Positions 1-16,272 of a DNA stretch of 64,000 nt are shown in pieces (position 1 is the stretch's first letter; the number at the start of each line of letters is the position of its first letter). The notes under the pieces are model-generated. The model made no database searches, was not told the DNA's origin, and saw only the letters and a list, made by a program, of their open reading frames with translations. Where the stretch lies: NCBI RefSeq assembly GCF_009914755.1, contig NC_060935.1. One strand, written 5' to 3'. The position numbers and the translations under genes are program-made. The DNA comes from the human T2T-CHM13v2.0 reference genome, Homo sapiens.

Positions 1-9
1 TACACCATG

Positions 10-282
10 GGCCAGGTGTGGAGCACTTTGGAAAGTTGAAACCAGAGGATCACTTGAGTCCCCAGGAGTTCGAGACCAGCCTGGGAAACATAGGGAGACC
101 CCCTTCTCTACATAGAATAAATTTTTAAAATTAGCTCGAAGTGGTGGAGTGTGACTCTGGTCCCAGCTTCTCAGGAGGCTGAGGTGTCAGGATCACCTGA
201 GCATGGGAGGTTAAGGCTATGACTATACCACTGCACTACAGCCCAGGTGATGGAGTAAGACCCTGTCTCAGAAAAAAAAAAA
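10..282 (+). mobile_element. Alu (AluJ-like, internally deleted left arm)
   Basis: Alu B-box 'gagttcgagaccagcctgg', central A-rich linker, A-tail at ~272-282. Confidence 0.9.
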
Positions 283-768
283 GGATACACCATGCAAACA
301 TCAACCAAAATGAAGACAGTTTGACCAAACTAATATCAGACAAAGTAGACTTTAAGGCAGGAAGTATTAAGATTAAAAAAAAATGAAGAAAAATATAATA
401 GTAAATGAGCCAGTTCATCAGAATGACATAACAATCCTAGATTTGTATGCACATAATAAACATGGTCTCAAAATACATAAAGCAAAGTTTACCAAAGTAA
501 AAAAGATACAGTAAATTGTATGTTATATATATTTCATAATAAAAAAGGAAAAAGAAAAAAGAGACAAATACAGACTTGAAGATCTTACTGCACCTCTCTC
601 AACAAGTGATAAATCAATTCGACAAAATTAATATAAGTTAACGACTGTATAACGTTCATTCCTTTCATGTGGACATGAAACATTTCCAAAAATAGACCAC
701 ATGCAAGTCATAAAGAAGTCACAACAAATACTCAGAAAAATTGTAATCACATAGAATGTGTTCTCTGA

Positions 769-1085
<317 letters not shown>

Positions 1086-1308
1086 ACGGTGAAATTTAAA
1101 AACAACAACAACAAAAACCCTTCAAATAATTAGAAAGTAAGCAGAACACTTTTTAATAACTCATGAGAAAATATTTTGAATAATGAAAATATGACATGTC
1201 AAAACCTTTTGGATCCAGCAAAAGTTGTGTTTAAAGACAAATATATAACTTTAAATTCATGTATTAAAAAAGAAAGGCTGAAAAATCTCAAGCTGTTACC
1301 TTAAGGAT

Positions 1309-3333
1309 TGTGAACCCCGAAAATTTCAGGCAGGTCTCAGTTAATTTAGAAAGTTCATTTTGAGTGCGGAGTTCAGGAAGCTCGGACCGAAGGCCGCCAC
1401 TGGGCGGGCGCCCAGCCTCCCGCCCGCGTCCGCGCCTCGAGCCCCACACGCTCTGGCGGCCGCCGCGCCAGCGTCTGGGAAGGCCAAGCTGACGCACCTG
1501 GGGAAGGCGATCCTGGCAGGCGGCCTGGCGGGCGGCATTGAGATCTACATCACCTTCCCCACCCAGTACGTGAAGACGCAGTGGCAGCTGGACTAGCCCT
1601 CGAACCCGCCGCGGTACCAGAGCATCGGGGAGTGGGTGTGGCAGACAGTCCGCAGCCATGGCGTTCTGGGCCTGTACCGCAGTCTCAGCTCCCTGCTCTA
1701 CGGCTCCATCCCCAAAGCGGCCGCCAGCTTCGGAATGTTCTAGTTCCTCGGCAACCACCTGCGGGATTCCCAGGGACGGCTGGACAGCACGCGCGGGCTG
1801 CTGTGCTGCCTGGGCGCTGGAGTGGCTGAGGCCGTGGTGATCGTGTGCCCCATGGAGACCATCAAGGTGAGGTTCATCCACGACCAGACCTCCCCAAACC
1901 CCAAGTACCGAGGATTCTTCTACGGGTTAGGAAGATTGTGCGGGAACAAGGGCTGAAGGGGATGTATCAGAGCCTCACGGCCACCGTACTGAAACAGGGC
2001 TGGAACCAGGCCATCCGCTTCTTCGTCATGACATTCCCTGCACAACTGGTACCGAGGAGACAACCCCAACAAGCCCATGAACCCGCTGATCACTGGGGGC
2101 TTCGGAGCCATCGTGTGCACAGCCAGCGTCTTTGGAAACACTCCTCTGGACGTGATTAAGACCCGCAGGTAGGGCCTGGAGGCGCACAAATACCGGAACT
2201 TGATGGACTGTGGCTGGCAGATCCTGAGGAAGGAGGAGCTCAAGGCATTCTACAAGGGCATTGTCCCGCGCTGGGCCAGGTCAACCTGGATGTGGCCATA
2301 GTGTTTATCATCTATGATGAGGTGGTGAAGCTGCTCAACAAAGTGGAAGACGGGCTAAGCCCAGTGGGGCCACTGGTGCCCCAGGCACCTCCAGAGGCCC
2401 CACCACTCTTGTCTCACATGATTCCAGTGCAGTAGTGCCAAAAGGCTCCTTTCCACATCCCTTGAGCTCTGTGACCTGGTCTGTGCATTGTGGCCGTCAA
2501 GTCCATGTGTCCTATAGCGCCGTGTCTCCCCTGTGGTCTCTGTGTGACACCACCACTGTGTCCCGCTGTCTGGCCCAGCCATGCTTAGTATGCATCTGGC
2601 CTGTGAACCTGTGCCCACTTGTCCATGTGCTTACTATGAGCCTGTGCCTGTGTTTCATGTTCTGTGTCATGTGACCCTGTGCCCGCCTCCCAGGGTGCCC
2701 TGTGGCCTGGGTCCTTGGCCCTGTAGCCCTGGCCCGGTCCCAGTCTGGTGCTTTCCACCCTCCACTGGCCTATCACCGCTGCCTCCGGGCCTCCCCCTGG
2801 CTTCTCCGCATTCTAGAGTCTGCAGCACCCCCCTTCTCCCGCCATTGGCCTTAACTGGCCCTTGGGCCCTTCCTCCACCCAGGACAGGGTGGCACCCACC
2901 ACTCTCAGGACCACCGTGCAGAATTTTAAAAAAAGGTATTTTGCCAAGGTTGAGGACACACACCCATGACACAGCCTCAGGAAGTCCTGATGACGTGTGC
3001 CCAAGGTGGTCAGGGCAGTTTGGTTTTGTATATTTTAGGGAGACATGAGACATCAATCAACATATGTAAGATGAACATTGGTTCTCTCTGGAAAGGTGGG
3101 ACAACTTGAAGCAGGGAGGGGGCTTCCAGGTCATGGTAGATAAGAGACAAATGGTTGCATTCTTTTGAGTTTCTGATTAGCCTTTCCAAAGGAGGCAATC
3201 AGATGTGCATTTATCTCAGTGAGTAGAGGGGTGACTGAATAGAATGGGAGGCAGGTTTGCCCTAAGCAGTTCACAGCTTGACTTTTCCCTTTAGCTTTGT
3301 GATTTTGGGGGCCCAAGATATTTTCCTTTCACA
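1309..3333 (-). mobile_element. MER4A-like ERV1 solo LTR split into 1309-1362 and ~2930-3333 by the pseudogene
   Basis: TG...CA termini (tgtgaacc... / ...ctttcaca); 4-bp TSD GGAT at 1305-1308 and 3334-3337; sequence matches recalled MER4A consensus. Confidence 0.85.
1363..2934 (+). pseudogene. SLC25A1P1: Processed pseudogene of mitochondrial citrate carrier SLC25A1 (5'UTR, CDS ~1426-2358, 3'UTR, short A-tail)
   Basis: Intronless; translates to [37 protein letters not shown]...[10 protein letters not shown]; ATG lost; TAG stops at 1594, 1741 and 2170; frameshifts near 1925, 2035, 2270 and 2345; degenerate TSD aaagttcattttg / aaaggtattttg. Confidence 0.95.
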
Positions 3334-3391
3334 GGATCTAGGAAAAAAAAATAAATCCAAAGTAAAGGTAAGAAAATACAGATGAGAACAC

Positions 3392-3906
3392 TGTTTCAGG
3401 AAAAACTGTCGCAAACAGTGTTTTTCCTTTACTTGCCCACCACAACAATCAACACAGAGGACCTCGTTTTAAAATTTTTATATTTTTTTACCCAAAACAA
3501 AAATGGTCAATAATACAGAAGACTTCTGTGACCAAATGTGGGGTTTTTTGCCACATGCCGAGCAGTAGACACCAGCTGGGTGTTCTCCAATTCAGTTCCA
3601 ACACGATCTACCTGGATATGGTGTCAGAACCCATAGAGTGAGGGGGCTCAGTCCCCAAGACTGCCCCGCTTAAGCCCCACAATCAGAGTGGCAGGGAAAC
3701 ATTAGACTCCTGCCTTGGGGCAAGTGAAAGGAAGACAGGAGAGAGATTCTGTTTTCTGAGGCCGCTGGTTGGGTCTAACACATCCAACATTATAACAACA
3801 AAAGATTGTAACAAGGTGTTCATAGAACGGGTAATTTTAAAAAAAGAAAAAAGACCGCAACGAGGGATATGGGAATGATGAACCAACTATATATCATAAC
3901 ACCACA
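3392..3906 (-). mobile_element. MER21-like LTR (internally deleted)
   Basis: tgtttcagg...accaca termini; 'gacaccagctgggtgttctccaattcagttc' and 'gggctcagtccccaagactgcccc' match recalled MER21. Confidence 0.7.
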
Positions 3907-3985
3907 AGCAGAAACCAATTAAAGAGAAAGCTGACATACACAGGAGAAAATCAACAAACCCAAAAGTTGGTTCTGATAAACTCTA

Positions 3986-6350
<2,365 letters not shown>

Positions 6351-6694
6351 TGAAGTTGCCATTTTTTAAAGAATGGTAAACTTGTTATAGGTAAGATTTA
6401 TCTCTATTTTTCTCAGGAAAAAAAAAAAAACTTACTTTCCACTGGGACAAATCAAACAGCTTCTAGTAACCAACAAAAACAGCCTATGTGGCAACTCACT
6501 GATTTCAGCAGGTCAACAGAAATTGATTTTTTCTCTCACACTTGGAGAGTTCGGATCATGATTTTAAAGCAAGCCAGTCATAACATGTTAAGAATCCCAC
6601 CTAATTTGTTAGTTGTGGCAGTTTTTCCTTCACAGTGTGAATTTGAGTCAGAAGAAAATATCAAGTGACTATATAAGGAAAATGGCTGTGCTTC

Positions 6695-7687
<993 letters not shown>

Positions 7688-8341
7688 ACCCTAATTGAAT
7701 GGCTGATGGTGGCCATACAAATGGTATGGAATGACACCAGAGAAATACCAGAAACTGTGAGTAAATGGCAGTTGTATACAGATTTGGTGCAAGTAATTTG
7801 GGAGATGGGTATATGGCAGGCTATGTTCGATCTGAATACCTGAGGGCCAGATGATGAACGCTTTACCTCCCACATGAGGGACCTTGTATTGGGCTCTGCC
7901 CCGCCAAGTGCCTTCGGCTCCCTGGCCGCTCTCCTCACTCCATATGTGGGGTGCCACATACTTGAAGTGACTACTGCCATGGCGGCCCTTGGGGAAGCAA
8001 AGGGCCATTAGTGGGACCTAGGAATCTACACCATAAAAAGGGGAACAGTACCCCTTCTGCAGGGTGCCACCTCATGGGACAAAAAGGGGCCCCAGTGGAT
8101 GACCCACATGCCACCAGATATAGATTGATTTGATTTTGGATAGGGTTGACCAAGAGAAAATTGATAGGCAACCCAATGAAGTGCCGTTAACTTTGTAGAG
8201 GCAACTGTCCCTGGAGCAGCAATTCCAGAAAATGCCCAAGAGGTGGCAGGATGATGCTGCTCAACTCAGTACCCCCGGCCACTCCATCTCAAGCACTACT
8301 TGCAGATGGATGGAGGTATAGAAATTTTTGTGTTTGATTAG
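7688..8341 (+). pseudogene. gag: HERV-S gag 3' remnant ending in TAG at 8339-8341
   Basis: Lies immediately 5' of the protease; disrupted frames; TAG in frame with pro. Confidence 0.6.
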
Positions 8342-10440
8342 GGAACTGGCCGAGGTGCTCGGCTTGGGGGAACACTGGACAACTGGAGGCCACAAGTGGA
8401 ATTGACAATCCACTGGTCCCCCACCAACATACAGCGGGTGCTGGTGCTGGTAGACACTGGCACAGATTGTACTCTCATCTGTGGGAACCTGGATAAATTT
8501 CCAGGCAAGGCTGCATATATAGATGGCTATAGAGGTCAGTCAGTGAAAGTGAAACCTGCATCTTTGCACCTTGGCATTGGCTGCTTGGCTCCCCACTTAT
8601 AAACTATGTTTCTCCCATACCTGAATACATTTTGGGGGTGGATACTTTACATGGCTTGGCTTTACAAACCACGGATGGGGAATTCAGACTCCAAGTATGT
8701 GGGGTTAAGCTGGTACTCCACAGACATACACATCACTAGCTCCATGTCTTGCCACAACCCTTATGGATTACTTCCACGTGTCAATACCACTTGCCAGGTG
8801 AGCATACAGAGATAACTGAGACTATTAAGAAGTTAGAAAAGGTGCAGATAATGTGTAACACCTACAGACCCTACAATTTTCCAGTATGGCCAGTCAAGAA
8901 GCCTGACGGAACTTGGCAGATGACAGTGGATTATTGAGAACTAAATAAAGTAATACCCCTTTTACATGCAGCTGTACCCTCTATCATGGATTTGATGGAC
9001 CCCTTGACAATGAAGTTGGGAGAGTACCACTATGTGGTGGACTTGGCCAATGCATTCTTCTCAGTTGACATTGCTCCAGAGAGCCAGGAAGTTTGCCTTC
9101 ACATGGGAAGGGCAACAGTGGACTTTCACAGTGCTGCCGCAGGGCTATATGTGTAGCCCCATCATACATCATGGTCTCCTTGCCACGGATTTAGCCGCCT
9201 GGAAGTGTCCAAAGGGAATCCACCTATTCCATTATATTGATGATATTATGTTAACCTCTGATTCTCTTGCAGGTTCAGAAGTGGTGGCACCCCTTTTACA
9301 ACAACATTTGGCAGCATGAGGTTGGGCAGTCAACAAATCCTAGGTCCAAGGGCCTGAACTGTCTGCCAAATTATTGGTAGTTATCTGCTTGGGTAAAACA
9401 AAGGCTATACCAGAGGCCATCACTGATAAAATTCAGGCATATACCCGGCCCACAACAATGAGGCAACTACAGACTTTTGTAGGCCTCTTGGGATATTGGT
9501 GGGCATTTGTACCCCATTTGGCTCAGATGGTAAAACCGTTGTGTCAGTTGACAAAAATGGGAACTACTTGGGATTGGGACAATGAGGCTGAGATGGCTTT
9601 TCTGGCAGCCAAGTGGGCCATACAGCAAGCACAGGCCCTACAAGTAATTGATCAGGGGCGCCCATTTGAACTTGATGTGCGTGTGACCACAGATGCTTTT
9701 GGCAAGGCCTATGGCAGCACACAGAGGGCTTTAGAATACTGGCAGGCTTTTGGTCCCAACTTTGGAAGGAAGCTGAGCTCTGGTATTCATTGATAGGGAA
9801 GGAGTTAATAGCTGCATATGCCACCCTTCAGGCTTGTGAGAGTGTGATGGGACAAACAACAGTAGTCATGCCTGTAGATGACTTACCCAATAGTGGGGTG
9901 GGTACCTTCACGGGTAATGACCCTCCGGACTGGGATGGCACAGACATCTACCTTAGCAAAGTGGGGAGCCTAGTCAAAACAGCAGAGTACCCTGAGTAAA
10001 AGCCCCTTATCAGCAGAATTACAAGAAGTCTTGGGACCTGTAGTCCTGATGCAAGATAAGGCCATGGGTCAACCTGAGGCACCCTTAAACCCTGAGCCAT
10101 TACCATTTAAAGAGGGGCAGGCACCTCTTCCATTCCCAGTGGAGCATGGTATAAAGATGGGTCCAGCCAGGGTGTTACTGCTGCCTGGACTGCTGTTGCG
10201 GTCCAGCCTAGTATTGATACCATATGGTTTGATACTGGGGGTGGACAAAGTCAGTGAGCTGAACTCGGGGCAGTATGGATGGTGATCACCAAGAAGGAGA
10301 CACCTATGGTAATCTGCCCCAGTAGCTGGGCAGTTTACTGAGGCCTGACCTTGTGGTTAACTACCTGGAAGTTACACGATTGGCTAGTTGGTCACTGGCC
10401 CATTTGGGGCCAGGCCATGTGGCAAGACCTATGGAAAGAA
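8342..10440 (+). pseudogene. pol: HERV-S pro-pol remnant (protease, RT, RNase H; integrase core apparently deleted near 10440)
   Basis: VLVDTGTDCT (ORF 8396), NFPVWPVKKPDGTWQMTVDY (8749), LPQGY and HYIDDIML (9032), LQTFVGLLGYW (9374); many stops and frameshifts. Confidence 0.88.
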
Positions 10441-10910
10441 GGATGACCTCCTCTGACCAGGTATGGGGACCAACAGTAACCTGTGGTTGCCTGCCCTAAT
10501 GCCCCTAAAGGCAGGGGAACAAAAAACCTGGCTTTGAACATGGACCCTTCAAGTCCCCCATTGCCAATGGTTGGCTATGGTAGCCCTCTGGGGGGAGGGC
10601 CTACAGTATGATTTACATGTCACTCCTTGGGTATTCAATATATGGCTTCCATGATTGACCGTTCGTAGGGGAATGCTCAGGGAAGGAACCCCCCTCCTTG
10701 TATTGTCTGTATGGCCTATTGTGAGCTCCCCAGTGACTTTGGCACAAATACAGGACCCAAAGAAACCATGGGGAGCTGAGAAGCTGTGGTACCATTGCCC
10801 AGGGCAGAAGCCCTTGGCGGCTGCATTGTTATCCAGAGATAAAAGGTTGGCTTGTATTTTGCCTCAGAAGAGTGATTTACCTGTGTGTGCCTGCTTTGTC
10901 ATTCTGACCA

Positions 10911-12090
10911 TAAGTTGACATGCTCTAACAGCATTGTGGAATGGGCTATGCTGAGATGACCAATGTGTCCAGCTGTTGGATCTGCACCACCCTTCCCGTA
11001 GCAGCTGCAGATGACTTGCCCTGGCACATACATCCAGCTTCTGCAGAAAACCAGACATGGTTAGAGACTTGGGGTCCCATGGCCAATGTTTGTAACATGA
11101 CACAGCAAGCTTTGGCTAGGGAGTGCTATAAGACCCATGGCATTCCCACCCCCTGGCTGACCTGTAGCATCTATGATGGATGGGGCTGGTTAGTGGGGGT
11201 TAGCCCCCACCACAGGTACCATGATGTATAGAGCAGCTTTGGGTAATGCCACCATGGGGTGGTTACCCGCCATAGCCTGCACAAATATAATATATGTCAC
11301 CACACCAAAGGTGCGGCAGAATAGGCAGCTTCAGCAAGGTCAGGCCCTAGTAGACTTTGTGCCCCCCCTGGGAGTTTATGGGTCTATGGAGACACGGGAT
11401 GGTTCTTTTTGCCAGTGAACTGTCTGGCTGCTGTACCTGGGGGTGGCCTTTTGTGCCTGCCACTGATATTCCCACATTGCCTAGACACCCACATAACTGG
11501 GAAGAGCTACGTTCCTGGTTTTTGGGAGTGCAAAACCAGGTGGCTCTACCCCTTAGTATTAGCCATCCCTAGAGCAGGTGTCATAACTGTAGAAATGCAG
11601 GTTGCAGCCCTTGCTGAGCACACTGCTCAAGCCTTGAATTACACCCAAGTTGCCCTCCTTCTGTTGACAGATGAGGTTGATCAAACCAGGAAGGTAGCAC
11701 TGCAGAACCAGATGGCCCTAGACATATTAACTGCTCCCCAAGGTGGCACCTGTGCTCTTTTGGGAACACAATGTTGTATCTTCATCCCTGGCATCTTTTG
11801 GGAACACAAAGTTGTACCTTTATCCGTGACAATCAACAAAACATAACAGCAGCTTTGCAAGGAGTTTCCCAGGAAATCAAGGCAGTTGAAAGCCTTACTG
11901 ATGACCCCCAACAAACATGGTGGGCATCCCTGGGCTCTGGCCTATGCTGGACTCTTAATAATTATGGGTAGCATAGTGAGAATATTAATAGTGAGTTGAG
12001 TGAGTTGTTGCTCTCTGTATTGCTGCTGTGGCCTCTGGGTCCAGGGTTCTGCCCTGTGGGCACATCTCCCCACTAGGAGAACTCCCTCAG
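10911..12090 (+). pseudogene. env: HERV-S env remnant (gamma-type SU/TM)
   Basis: SSCWIC (CxxC); immunosuppressive domain LQNQMALDILTAPQGGTC followed by CALLGTQCC; hydrophobic, Cys-rich TM remnant ~11950-12040. Confidence 0.88.
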
Positions 12091-12104
12091 CCTAGGGGGT
12101 GGAG

Positions 12105-12436
12105 TATAAGGAAAATGGCTATGCTTCAGTCAGGAGTAGGCCAAGGCAGACATCCAGTACAGCACGACACAGCAGGTTTGGAGTGCAGGCACAAAATCTT
12201 GTGCACTATGTAATCACACTTATGTAGTCATTTAATGTAACCTGTTTGTGTGAGCCCATATGTGGCTTTAAGCCACTGTTGTCTGTGAGAAATATAATGG
12301 CACTGCTGACTCTGTAGGAGAGGGGGAGAGAATAAAGCCATGTCCCAACTGCCTATGGTCCCTCGAGTGTTCTTTCAGCTACCCACCACCCATCCACCAG
12401 CTCCCCTCAGACCTCAGCTCAGGTTGGAACCTGACA
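12105..12436 (+). mobile_element. LTR18-family 3' LTR
   Basis: Follows the PPT; starts tataaggaaaatggct; TATA-like tataat at 12293; AATAAA at 12331-12336; ends ...ctgaca. Confidence 0.85.
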
Positions 12437-12517
12437 GACTAAAAAAGTCTTGTTTGCTGCCAAGAAGATGTCAGAGTTGAGAAGGCATCATTTGGAAAGG
12501 GAAGGGGAAAGAATGTC

Positions 12518-12933
12518 TGTATTAGTTCATTTGCATTGTTATAAAGGGATACCTGAGGCTGGGTAATTTATTTTAAAAAAGAGGTTTCATTGGCTCACAG
12601 TTCTGCAGGCTCTACAGGAAGTGTGATGCAAGCATCTGCTCTAGGCAAGGGTTGCAGGAAGTTTACACTCATGGTGGAAGGTGAAGGGGGACAGGTTTAT
12701 CACATGGCAAGAGCAGAAGTGAGAGACAGAAGGGAGATGTTCCAGACTGTCTTAAACAACCAGATCTCATGTGACCTGAGCAAGAACTCACTTATCACCA
12801 AGGGGATGGTGTTAAACCATTCATGAGGCATTTGCCCTCATGATCCAATCACCTCCCACCAGGCCCTACCTCCAACATTGGAGATTACATTTCAACATGA
12901 GATTTGGAGGAGACAAACATTCAAACCATATCA
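12518..12933 (-). mobile_element. MST (MaLR) solo LTR
   Basis: tgtattagt...ccatatca termini; TSD atgtc / atgtg; 'ggctcacagttctgcaggct'. Confidence 0.85.
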
Positions 12934-15544
12934 ATGTGCTTTCCTTCCATTAGTATCATTTCTTGTGTTTGAGATTTGCAGAATAGCAGTATCTCTAAAA
13001 TAAATCTGCAGTTTTCTCAACAACTCAAATTCCAAACAGCTTACAATGGTAGCTTTGTTAATGACTACATTGCAAAGCAACTCTCAATAAAGTTGTACCA
13101 CTGTGAACTTCCTATGGGTGTCACTCATTCAACAAAGCATTTATGGAACCAGTCAGGCACTGTTTGTAAGGTTTTAGGGATGCAAAATCAAACTGCTTCT
13201 TTCCTCAAATAGCTCATGGTCCACTAAGAGAGCCTGAGCCATCATTGCTGCTTTCAGTCTTCAGCAATAACAAGGAGGGAAGGAAGCAAGGAAAGTGGGA
13301 GAAGACAGGAAAAGCTATTCTAGGTGTGGTGGGTGAGGCTACCATGTGTTTAGCTCACACTGTTTTTAGTACCTTTAGTAATAGGCTTGGAAAAAGCAAT
13401 TTAAGTAAAACTGAGTTTAGGAGGATTTTTATGTAGGTTTCAGTTCTCAGAATAACAAAGTATTTGAGTTTTGCATGTTGTTATTCAAGATTTGAGGGGC
13501 AGGAACAAGGTGGTTGGAGCTTGAGCTTCAGGGTAGTAAGTTGCTTACTTTAGGCCAAAAATTAGCTAGGTTTGAAGAAATTAAGGAGGTGTAAAGAGAC
13601 AGAGTATGGGAAAACACATTCTGTGGAGTCAGGCTGGCTGCCTTTGCATCTTGGGTGGTCACTTAACCTCTTTAAACCCTGGTTTCCTCAACTATACTTT
13701 ACAAACCTAATTCCCATACTGCAGTATTATTTAAGGATTAGAAAGTGTGTAACCTACACATAGTAGACATGCAATATATGGCAGTTGAAAAAATTGACAT
13801 ATAACAGGAATCTCTAAAGATTCTCTGGAAGTAGCCAAAGAGTATGGTTGTCTTTGCAATGCATTCACGTAAAGGCACACAGAGCAGAGTCTGTGTCCAA
13901 TCCGTCACATGGTGTCAGGTGCAAACCAGTATGATGACAGCCGGGCTCTACACACTTTAAGTTTTAATTTGTATAGATATATGATAGTTTTATATGCATA
14001 TGGGGTAACTACATGCTTATTAATCCAAAGGCTCGCTCTGTCTTTTGCTGAGAGCAAATCAGTCACCGCCCTGGTATAGGGGCATGGTCTTCATCCAGTA
14101 GGCTCCAAGGGCCCATCCTGAATCTGCTGATCTACTTGAGGCTGTAGGGACAAGTAGTAAACCTAGTTCCAAAATTCTTATGTGTAGCAGGAGGTGGGGT
14201 ACAGGCATTTTTGTCTCTTCTCAAGCCATGTAGTCAGACACTAGAACCATTCAGGGAACAGAGAGGCTAGGTTAGTTTTATGGCAACAAAGGGCTGTTTG
14301 TTAAAGGACTGATTTCCTTGCTTGTTTTACTAGATGCCAACACAACAGTTCTCTGTATTTTTCTTGGAATAAACTGGCTTTTGTAACAGACACAAGGAAA
14401 TGCACCCTCGAACAACTGAGGCTTTCTAAATATTAGTGACTTTAACTTGATTAAGTATTTCCATTTCCTATTCCTATGACTTTGTGAGGCTCATGTTCCC
14501 AGAAAGCCTTTTTTTTTTTTTTTTGTATCGTGACTCTTCAGGTTGGTTATGTTTTAGGTCATTCTGTTCTTATGATCTGAGTAAGTGCTAAAAGCCTTTA
14601 AGATACTTTTAAAGAATCTTTAAATAGAAATGTTTTCAGATTTCCAGCACAACAAATGAGTCTTAAAGTAACTGCAGATTCAGATATCCTCACAGATTCT
14701 TAGCATAAGGTTTTGTCAGCATTTCCTTCCTCAAGTCCTGTGTCAACTCGCTGACCTCTTGCCTTCTTGGGTTACTGCCATCTTTTTGTATAAAAATATG
14801 CTAGCCCTTGCAACATTTTCCTCCTAAGAAGAATGAAAATTAACCACGTGGGATTCCCCTCTCTATGACTACTCTGAATGAGGCCAGCGAGTCACTTTTA
14901 CCTCAAAGTCCTCAGACACCAAATCAGAGGGATGGTGTACCCTGACCTCCCTTGAGGTTCTAGCACAAGTGTGTAATTAACCTTAGAGCTTTAATGTTCT
15001 TCGTTACATCTCATTTTTACATCAGTCATTTTCACCTAGCCACTTAAAAAGTGTCTTTTTTTACTTTTATGCTATTTATATGGAAATGTCAACGTGAGAT
15101 ATAGCTGGACCTAAAATCTGGTGAGAATGTACATATTTTCAACATGTCTTGTAACATTTACTCAGCACTAGCAGCTTGGATCTGCTTAGTTTTCATTTTT
15201 TTAAGCTTTTGATGTTTTTTGTATTTGTTTTCATTGACACATTTCAATTCTAAAACATTATTTTAAAAGATTTCTCAGATCTCAACTTGCAGTATGTGTC
15301 ATGGGTTTTGAAGTCACAGATCAGAAAAAGCTTCATGAAATTAATTCTTCTAATAAAAATTGTAGGACTGTGGCACTGGTTGCTATTTTGTCTTTAAATA
15401 TATTCTCCCTATTAGCAATAGTACAAAATATAAGTGAAAAAAATAAACTACTCTCCCCCTTCTTCTATAATCATCTATTTAGCTGTTTTAGTTGGTACAT
15501 GGTCACTCAAATTAAATACATTTTTTTAGTCTTTAGGCTTTTTT

Positions 15545-15893
15545 TAAAATAGCCATATGACAAAGTTCTGGCCAATGGAATGTGAACAGAAGTGCAAGAA
15601 GTGTGCACAATTTCTGGGTCATCTCTTCTCCTGTCCCCACCCACCTGAATCCTGCTGCTTGGAATGTGGTTATGCTGCTTAGCCGTATTGGATTGTGCAC
15701 CTGAGAGTAATACCTTAAGGACTGTGCGACACCAAGACACCTAGACCTAAAAGTGGACACTTAACAATCTTGTGGGGCAGAGTAGGCACACATACCAAGT
15801 CACACTTCCATGTGTGAGGGAAAAGAAACTATCTTGTTTGAATCATTGTTAGTTTAAGTTTACTGTTATACACAACCAAAACCAATCCTCATA
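15545..15893 (+). mobile_element. Old MLT1 (MaLR) LTR fragment
   Basis: 'atatgacaaagttctggccaatggaatgtgaacagaagtg' MLT1-like motif. Confidence 0.55.
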
Positions 15894-15915
15894 CAGAGAC
15901 TGAATATTTCCCTTA

Positions 15916-16272
<357 letters not shown>

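Noticed and set aside
1360-1596. 78-aa SLC25A1-like ORF as a functional gene
   Set aside because: Starts at a TTG in LTR sequence; the native ATG is lost and there is an early TAG plus further lesions
1288-1881. 197-aa minus-strand ORF
   Set aside because: Antisense shadow of the GC-rich SLC25A1 pseudogene running into LTR/L1 sequence; no independent protein features
8930-9320. TGA stops in pol as APOBEC3 hypermutation
   Set aside because: At least the DY*EL stop is CGA>TGA CpG decay, and many TGG codons are intact
11409-11846. 145-aa env ORF as a domesticated syncytin/suppressyn-like gene
   Set aside because: No ATG or signal peptide in frame, SU is frameshifted, and the 5' LTR is gone
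13860-14170. Non-repeat-looking segment with a small hairpin (acacaga-gcagag-tctgtgt)
   Set aside because: No recognisable ORF, splice pair or RNA family; a 7-bp stem is expected by chance
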